64,000 nucleotides of DNA from the NCBI GenBank assembly GCA_965249725.1, contig OZ252251.1, positions 192,001 through 256,000 on the forward strand, given 5' to 3'. Positions 57,978-64,000 of this stretch are shown piece by piece. This DNA comes from Longimicrobiales bacterium. GTDB taxonomy: Bacteria > Gemmatimonadota > Gemmatimonadetes > Longimicrobiales > Gaopeijiaceae. Position numbers and translations under genes: made by a program. Each line of letters opens with the position of its first letter. The first letter of the stretch is position 1. The notes under the pieces are model-generated. The model was not told where the DNA came from. It did not search any database and saw only the letters and a list, made by a program, of their open reading frames with translations.

Positions 57978-59768
57978 TCAGTCTCCTGGCACGGGTTCAA
58001 GCGTGGGCGCTTCGACGCTCTGTCCACCTGAATCACTCGTGGGTGGCGGTTCGTCTTGCGGATAGAAGTCCGACTCCCGACTGGGATCGCTGTACTCGTA
58101 GGGCCCACGGTAGACGATCGGCATCTGCGGGAAATTTCCGTGGGGTGGCGGCGACGGAACGGTCCACTCGAGCGTGGTGCTCTTCCACGGATTATTGCCG
58201 GCCTCCCTGCCCTTCTTCAGGCTCCACAGGAAGTTGAAGGCGAAGATGGCCTGGGCGCCGGCGAAGATGAACATGTTGATGGTGATGAACGTGTTGGTCG
58301 GCTGCAGAGCCTGCAGGAACTCGTACTGGTTGGGGTCGTAGATCCGGCGCATCATCCCTTGGACCCCCAGGTTGTGCATGGGGAAGAACGTCAGGTTGTA
58401 GAAGATGAACGAAAGAACCCAGTGTACCTTGCCCCACCCCTCGTGCATCAGTCGGCCGAACATCTTCGGATACCAGAAGGTGATGCCGGCGAAGAGCCCG
58501 AAAAGGGAGCCGCCCACCAGTACGTAGTGGAGGTGTGCCACGATGAAGTACGTGTCGTGGATGTAGATGTCGACTGGCGCGACGGCCATGAAGATGCCCG
58601 ACAACCCGCCGATGATGAACAACGACACGAAGGAAATGGCGTGAAGGAGAGGCGTATCGATGTGGATGTTCCCTCGCCACAGGGTGCCGAGCCAGTTGAA
58701 CGTCTTGATGGCCGACGGCACGGCGATCACCACCGTGGTCGCCATGAACGTCATTCCCAGCATGGGGTTCATGCCGCTCTGGAACATGTGATGGCCCCAG
58801 ACGATCCACCCCAGGAAGGCGATCGACGCCAGGGCGAGTACCATGGCGTGGTATCCGAAAATAGGCTTCCGTGACCTGCAGGCGATGACGTCGGACACGA
58901 TGCCCATGGCCGGGAGAATCAGGATGTAGACCTCGGGGTGGCCGAAGAACCAGAAAATGTGCTGCCAAAGGAGCGGCTCTCCGCTGCCCTCCAGGCGGAA
59001 GAAGGCCGTGCCGATGGTCTGGTCGAACAGCAGAAGGATCAGTCCGCCGGTCAGGATCGGTACCGCCAGCAGGAGCAACCAGGCCGTGACGAAGAGAGAC
59101 CAGGTCGCCAGGGGAATCCGGAACCAGGTCATCCCCGGAGCCCGCATGTTGATCACGGTGGAGACGTAGTTGATGGCGCCCGTAATGGACGAGAACCCCA
59201 CGATGATGAGGCTGACGAGCCAGAGGATCTGGCCCATGTAGACGCCGGTCCACTCACCCGACGTGCTCAACGGCGCGTAGGACGTCCAACCGGCTCCAGC
59301 CGCTCCGCCTTCAACGAAGAAGCTGGCCAGCATGATCACACCGGCAACCGGGGTGATCCAGAACGACAACATGTTGAGGCGTGGGAACGCCATGTCCTCC
59401 GCGCCGATCTGAAGTGGAATCAGCAAGTTGCCGAAGACGCCCGCCAACATCGGCATGAGCGCGAAGAACACCATGAACGTGGCGTGCATCGTCACCAGCG
59501 AGTTGTAGAACTCGGGGAGAATGATGCCGCCGGGCGCCATGGCTTCGGGTAGGAGGTTGCCCAAGGGCATCGGCTGGCTCGGGAACCCGAGCTGCCAGCG
59601 CACCATTCCCGCCAGAATGCCACCCACCAGCAGGAAGAACAGTGAAAGGAACAGGAACTGCCGCGCGATCATCTTGTGATCGGTAGAGAACACGTAGGTC
59701 TTGATGAATCCGAGGTCGTGGTGCTCCTCGTGACCAGTGTGCGTTTCGGCCGTCGCAGTCGTGCTCAT
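57978..59768 (-). CDS. coxA: Cytochrome c oxidase subunit I (A1 type), second copy
   Basis: STDHKMI, TMHAT, DMAFPRLN, GHPEVY, WGHHMF, VAHLHY, GMMRR; ATG overlapping subunit II stop. Confidence 0.95.
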   Translation of the reverse strand: MSTTATAETHTGHEEHHDLGFIKTYVFSTDHKMIARQFLFLSLFFLLVGGILAGMVRWQLGFPSQPMPLGNLLPEAMAPGGIILPEFYNSLVTMHATFMVFFALMPMLAGVFGNLLIPLQIGAEDMAFPRLNMLSFWITPVAGVIMLASFFVEGGAAGAGWTSYAPLSTSGEWTGVYMGQILWLVSLIIVGFSSITGAINYVSTVINMRAPGMTWFRIPLATWSLFVTAWLLLLAVPILTGGLILLLFDQTIGTAFFRLEGSGEPLLWQHIFWFFGHPEVYILILPAMGIVSDVIACRSRKPIFGYHAMVLALASIAFLGWIVWGHHMFQSGMNPMLGMTFMATTVVIAVPSAIKTFNWLGTLWRGNIHIDTPLLHAISFVSLFIIGGLSGIFMAVAPVDIYIHDTYFIVAHLHYVLVGGSLFGLFAGITFWYPKMFGRLMHEGWGKVHWVLSFIFYNLTFFPMHNLGVQGMMRRIYDPNQYEFLQALQPTNTFITINMFIFAGAQAIFAFNFLWSLKKGREAGNNPWKSTTLEWTVPSPPPHGNFPQMPIVYRGPYEYSDPSRESDFYPQDEPPPTSDSGGQSVEAPTLEPVPGD

Positions 59769-60457
59769 CGGTCGTCCTCCCCGGTGGCTTGCTGGCCAGC
59801 GAGCCAGGCTTGGAAGTCGGCCTGCGAATGGACCGTGATCGACCCCTTCATGCGGTAGTGCCCCAGCCCACACAACTCCGCGCAGGCGAGTGTGAACTCA
59901 CCCGTCCGGGTGGCTTCGAACCAGACCGGGGTGTTCATGCCGGGAACGGCGTCCTGCTTTACGCGGAACTCGGGAAGGAAGAAGGAGTGGATCACGTCTT
60001 CCGCTTGGAGATTCACTCGGACCGCTCGATCTACCGGAATGTGAAGTGCGTTCCGGGAGACGAAATCGTCTCCGGTGCCGAGTCGGCCGTCGGCCCCGGG
60101 GTACGTGGCGTTCCACTCGAACTGCTTCGCGAAGACATCGATCTCATAGGCGTCGGCGGGAATGCTCGCCGGATCCCGGATCTCGTCCCAGAGCCCCTTG
60201 GAGTAGATGGCCAGCCCCATCACGATGACGAATGGGGTAATGGTCCAAATGACCTCGGCCTTGTTGCTCCCGTGGATGTAAGCGGCCTTTCGGCCCTCTT
60301 TGTGGCGGTATTTCACCAGAAACACCACCAACGTGATCTCCGTTATGAAGAACACGATGCCCGTAATCCACAGGATCACGTAGTAGAGGTTGTCCAGGGC
60401 CGGTCCGAAAGTGGACACGGTCTCTGGCATGAGCCACGAAAAGTTCATCCGATTCAC
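59765..60457 (-). CDS. coxB: Cytochrome c oxidase subunit II without cytochrome c domain
   Basis: EVIWT, DVIHSF, KQDAVPG, CuA CAELCGLGHYRM; start 60457 or 60448. Confidence 0.93.
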   Translation of the reverse strand: MNRMNFSWLMPETVSTFGPALDNLYYVILWITGIVFFITEITLVVFLVKYRHKEGRKAAYIHGSNKAEVIWTITPFVIVMGLAIYSKGLWDEIRDPASIPADAYEIDVFAKQFEWNATYPGADGRLGTGDDFVSRNALHIPVDRAVRVNLQAEDVIHSFFLPEFRVKQDAVPGMNTPVWFEATRTGEFTLACAELCGLGHYRMKGSITVHSQADFQAWLAGQQATGEDDR

Positions 60458-60540
60458 TCTCCCGAGCGGGGATCGATCATACCAACACGACGAACTGGGT
60501 CCGCCGACCGCGAGCGAGCGACGGACCCAGCATGTTCGTT

Positions 60541-61389
60541 CTAGTCTTTATCGCCGGCTACCGTGTGATCATGTAGATCCACGGGCTCACCGAGCGGCAC
60601 GACGGCTCCGGCCATCGACGCGCTGAAAGTGAACGTGACCTCGGCGGTCTCGCCGGTGGCCACGGTTACGTTTTGAGTCTGCGTGCCGTAGCGCTCGTGC
60701 CAGGCCTCGACCACGTAGTCACCCGGGGGCAGCGTGGACAGGTCGAAGCTGCCATCCGAGCCGGAAACCGAGTGGTAGGGGTGGGGCAGCACTCCGATGT
60801 AGGCGGTCATCCAGCCGTGAACGTCGCAACGCACCGGAACCATGACCTCGGCCGTACCGAAGCTCCTGGTGCTCTCCATGGTCGTGGGCTGGCTGGTGTT
60901 GAAGCCCCGCTGCTCGGTGGGCGACGCGTTGATGTTGTGCAGCAAGCCATCGCTGTTCCGGATGGTGATGTCCTGGTCGGTCATGACGCCCAATACGTGG
61001 GGCAGATACGTGCAGCCATCCTGGTCGAGCAGGGCCGGGCCGGGCGTCGGAAACTGCAGGCTCTCCAGACCCTCCTTCACATAGACGAACACATTCGCGA
61101 GCATACCGCCGCTCACGGACACTTCCTCGGCCATGGGCGTCGAGGAGTGTTTGTCCGCACACACCTGCTCGGCACCCATGTCGATGGCGTCCATGGCGGG
61201 CGCGTCCCCCTCGAAGACGATAGATCCGGCGATGTTACCGGCCGTAGCTGCGTCCACCGGGTTCTCGACCGAAGCGGCTGCGCCACCCCCTGAGCTGCTA
61301 CCGCCACCGTCACCACCACCACATCCCATGGCCAATAAGGCCACCAGCGCGGGCGTGAACACCCGACGCAGTTCAATTCGATCCGTCAT
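60541..61389 (-). CDS. Lipoprotein with cupredoxin-like core and carboxypeptidase-regulatory-like domain
   Basis: Lipobox LAMGC; DQDGCTYLPHV, NSDGLLHNIN, CDVHGWM, LPPGDY.VEAWHE; GGAGG RBS. Confidence 0.75.
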   Translation of the reverse strand: MTDRIELRRVFTPALVALLAMGCGGGDGGGSSSGGGAAASVENPVDAATAGNIAGSIVFEGDAPAMDAIDMGAEQVCADKHSSTPMAEEVSVSGGMLANVFVYVKEGLESLQFPTPGPALLDQDGCTYLPHVLGVMTDQDITIRNSDGLLHNINASPTEQRGFNTSQPTTMESTRSFGTAEVMVPVRCDVHGWMTAYIGVLPHPYHSVSGSDGSFDLSTLPPGDYVVEAWHERYGTQTQNVTVATGETAEVTFTFSASMAGAVVPLGEPVDLHDHTVAGDKD

Positions 61390-61430
61390 ACTGCCTCCAT
61401 ACCTGTGATTGGTTCAGTTCAAGCCTTAGT

Positions 61431-63176
61431 TCAGTCTTCTACGATCTCGCCCTCTTCTTCGCGCTTCTGTGCTCTGCCCACCACGAGGATGCCGAGTCCG
61501 GCCGTGAGCACCATGGCCACGGCCGGGGCGATGTACACCGTGTTGGGTAGAGCGTCTTGGAGGAACAGGAAGTACCAGGAGCTCACGGAACCCTGCGTGC
61601 CTGATTCACCGTTGTCCCCATCCCACGCGAAGAACGCCACGGGTATGGGCTGCCCCGTGACGAAGTCCAGGTCGCCCTCGTCCTCGGTAATCAAAGAGCG
61701 GGTGAACATAACCTGCCACTGGCCGTTCACGTGAGAGGCGTGTAAGCCGAGGTCCTGTCCGTCGGACGGATAGCTCTCCGTACCGAGGCCTCTGGCTTCA
61801 CCCTCCATGGCCGTTCCACGGTCGCTCTGCCATTGCCAGAGATAGACGGGGCGACGGTTGTCACCTCTCATGAAGTACGGTCGGTCCATGCCCTGAGGCA
61901 TCTGCATGGGGAATTGGACGAGGAGCTGATCCGGCGTGGGGCCGGGCTCGCGTGGATCGCCCTCGACGGGGGCCATGAACGAGACGACCTGCGATTTCCA
62001 GTCGGCCCACTCGGGATCCGGGCTCAGGTTGGGGTCGCTCCATCGTACCCGTACTGCGACTTCCTGGCCGTCGTGGATGGCTTGCACCCACACGCCGTCG
62101 ACCCGGGGATCGAACCACCGGGGCTTCACAATGATCTGACCTGCCAGCGGGATGTACGCTGGATCGGCGGAGTCCCACAACGGATCGTCCACGGTGATGG
62201 GGAGCGCCGCGTCCTCCAGGAGCTCGGCCCTCACCACCTCCTCGATCCCCGGGGCTTCTTCGGGAGAGAGGCTGCGCACGTAGTGCGCGAGTGCCCAGAG
62301 CTGGTCGTCCGTGATGACCTCGGCGTCGATCAGGTCCGAGAAGTTGGGCATGGGCGTTCCATCGAGACCCGTCCGGAGGCGGGCATAGATGTCCTCGACG
62401 TCGCCTCCGCCGTTGAACAACCAGTTCTCGGTGAGGTCGGCCGCCCGGACCGGAAAGTCGTTGTCGTCGGCGAGCGTCGGTGAAGACTGTCCCTCGCCTC
62501 GCCCCTGGTCGCCATGACACTTCCAGCACTCGATGGCGTCGTATTGGGCTCTACCTTCCACGAGCACTTCCTCGGACACTTTGGTCGGTTTCCCGAACGC
62601 CAACGCCTCCGGAACCTCGTCCGGCGAAAAGAACCGGGAGAAGGTCTTCAGGTACTGCACCAACGCCTCTCGCTCGTTCTGTGATAGCAGGTCTTCCCAC
62701 CCCGGCATCGTCGTCCCGGGCATCCCCCGATTGATCACTTTCAGCATGTCGTCGTCCGTCGGAAGCTCTCCACTCGCTGTGGTCCGGATCTGGTATAACG
62801 CCTGGCTGAAGTCCCGAGGCCGCGGCAACATGATCGCCGCCCCATCCCCAGCCCCCAGACCGTCCACCCCATGACACCCCGCGCACCACTTCTCATAGGT
62901 GACCTGCCCGAGATCTTCCTGCCCCTCCAACCGCCCCGCCCCCAGCCAGAAAAAAAGGATGAGCACCGATGTGACCGCCACCACCTTGGTGAACCGCCTG
63001 ATCAACGGATCCGTCCCCCGATGTGCTCCAGGGACCGCTGCGGCGTTTCCCTCGGAACGAAGTTCAATCGAAGATTGCTTGAGTGCAGAGGAAAACCCGC
63101 AAAAGGTCCCGACTTCGCGGGACGAGGATCCGACCCACCCGCGCCGCTGCACCAAGTACTCCGCGAAGCGCCCCAT
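61431..63176 (-). CDS. Diheme cytochrome c fused to an ethylbenzene-dehydrogenase-gamma-like (DOMON-like) domain, C-terminal TM anchor
   Basis: CAGCH, PRPRDF, GTTMPGW; CWKCH, GTPMP; W.D, GQWQV.F.RSL, AFFAWDG..GE; start 63176 (ATG) or 63005 (TTG). Confidence 0.78.
   Translation of the reverse strand: MGRFAEYLVQRRGWVGSSSREVGTFCGFSSALKQSSIELRSEGNAAAVPGAHRGTDPLIRRFTKVVAVTSVLILFFWLGAGRLEGQEDLGQVTYEKWCAGCHGVDGLGAGDGAAIMLPRPRDFSQALYQIRTTASGELPTDDDMLKVINRGMPGTTMPGWEDLLSQNEREALVQYLKTFSRFFSPDEVPEALAFGKPTKVSEEVLVEGRAQYDAIECWKCHGDQGRGEGQSSPTLADDNDFPVRAADLTENWLFNGGGDVEDIYARLRTGLDGTPMPNFSDLIDAEVITDDQLWALAHYVRSLSPEEAPGIEEVVRAELLEDAALPITVDDPLWDSADPAYIPLAGQIIVKPRWFDPRVDGVWVQAIHDGQEVAVRVRWSDPNLSPDPEWADWKSQVVSFMAPVEGDPREPGPTPDQLLVQFPMQMPQGMDRPYFMRGDNRRPVYLWQWQSDRGTAMEGEARGLGTESYPSDGQDLGLHASHVNGQWQVMFTRSLITEDEGDLDFVTGQPIPVAFFAWDGDNGESGTQGSVSSWYFLFLQDALPNTVYIAPAVAMVLTAGLGILVVGRAQKREEEGEIVED
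63006..63132. repeat. 127-nt imperfect palindrome (long rod-like hairpin)
   Basis: Nested arms CGGATCC/GGATCCG, GTCCC/GGGAC, GGGACC/GGTCCC, TGCGG/CCGCA, GTTTCCCTC/GAGGAAAAC. Confidence 0.8.
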
Positions 63177-63973
63177 CAGTGCTCCTCCCCCCCTTCAGCC
63201 TCTTCCCACGTACGAGGCTCATGCCCAGTCTGCTCATACAAGAACATGATCACCGACCATATCTCGTCCGCGGTGAGAAAGTCCTCCCACGCGGGCATGG
63301 CCGAATTCCAGGGGGCGCCTTCGTTGGGAAGGCCGGGGCCGCCCTTCGCGATCCGCCAGAAGACGAAGCTCTCGGTGAGCTGGGCGATGGTACCGATGTC
63401 CTCGAAGTTCGCCGGGGCCGGGGTGAACGCGGCGGCGTAATGACCCTGCCCGTTCAGCCCGTCGCCATGACAACCGAGGCAGTTCTGATAGTAGACACGC
63501 TTGCCTTCCTCGTAGTGGTCCTCGAGCGAGCCCAAGGAACGCAGAGGGTTCTCCAGCCCTGAAAGCACCATGGTCTCGCCCTGAAAGTCGATCTGTCCGG
63601 GAGGAGCCGGATGGACGGACCGGAGGCCGATCGGGGCCCCCACCGACGGACGAACCCGGTTGTATGTGCCGAAAGCCACCACGAGCGGGATGGCCACCAT
63701 GAACAGCCCGCGAACCGTTTTCCTCCGTGGATCCACCAGGGTCCGGTGGATAGGTGCCTTGAACTCCGTCCAACGCTCTTCGTTGTCGCTGACCCACAGC
63801 AGGATGCCGACCGCGGCGGTCAGCATGTACTGAAATATGACGGAACTGGGGACCGGGGCGCTCGCAATCCCGACCAGGGGCGGGAAGTACACGATGCCGT
63901 AGTTCAAGACCAGATACGACAGGATCATGACCACGGCCGCCTGGCCGAACGGATGCTTGAAATGCTTGCCCAT
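63176..63973 (-). CDS. Membrane-anchored monoheme cytochrome c
   Basis: Three N-terminal TM helices, CLGCHGD, PAPANF, FWRIAKGG, SAMPAWE; GGAGG RBS. Confidence 0.85.
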   Translation of the reverse strand: MGKHFKHPFGQAAVVMILSYLVLNYGIVYFPPLVGIASAPVPSSVIFQYMLTAAVGILLWVSDNEERWTEFKAPIHRTLVDPRRKTVRGLFMVAIPLVVAFGTYNRVRPSVGAPIGLRSVHPAPPGQIDFQGETMVLSGLENPLRSLGSLEDHYEEGKRVYYQNCLGCHGDGLNGQGHYAAAFTPAPANFEDIGTIAQLTESFVFWRIAKGGPGLPNEGAPWNSAMPAWEDFLTADEIWSVIMFLYEQTGHEPRTWEEAEGGEEH

Positions 63974-64000
63974 GCGCGTTCCGCCTCCCCTTACTGTTGG

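Overview
High-GC bacterial chromosomal window. Gene content (LVIVD protein, Ser/Thr kinase-propeller fusion, TolB-amidohydrolase, Tat-signal aminotransferases) suggests a Gemmatimonadota-like organism; this is inference only. Most of it is housekeeping and metabolism: split pdhC...lpdA, ispH, glcDEF, a GNAT/NSAR-OSBS/M20 set, a TAXI-TRAP transporter, a SAM-I riboswitch-controlled hom-metX-metB operon, and two convergent A1-type heme-copper oxidase operons. The second oxidase operon is preceded by unusual cytochrome c and cupredoxin-like genes. The standout is a 3,044-bp IS1-family element (49033-52076) with perfect 21-bp terminal inverted repeats and an 8-bp target duplication. It splits a ProX-type tRNA-editing gene and carries an uncharacterised cargo operon (ParB/Srx-domain protein plus two orphans) and a small KGG-motif gene. 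Other items not shown in the ORF track: a 127-nt rod-like palindrome lying in frame at the start of a cytochrome c gene, an unannotated 51-aa membrane protein in the oxidase operon, four phased MarR operator-like boxes, and three frameshifted genes. No rRNA, tRNA or CRISPR array was seen. All calls are from motif recognition by eye; no searches were run.
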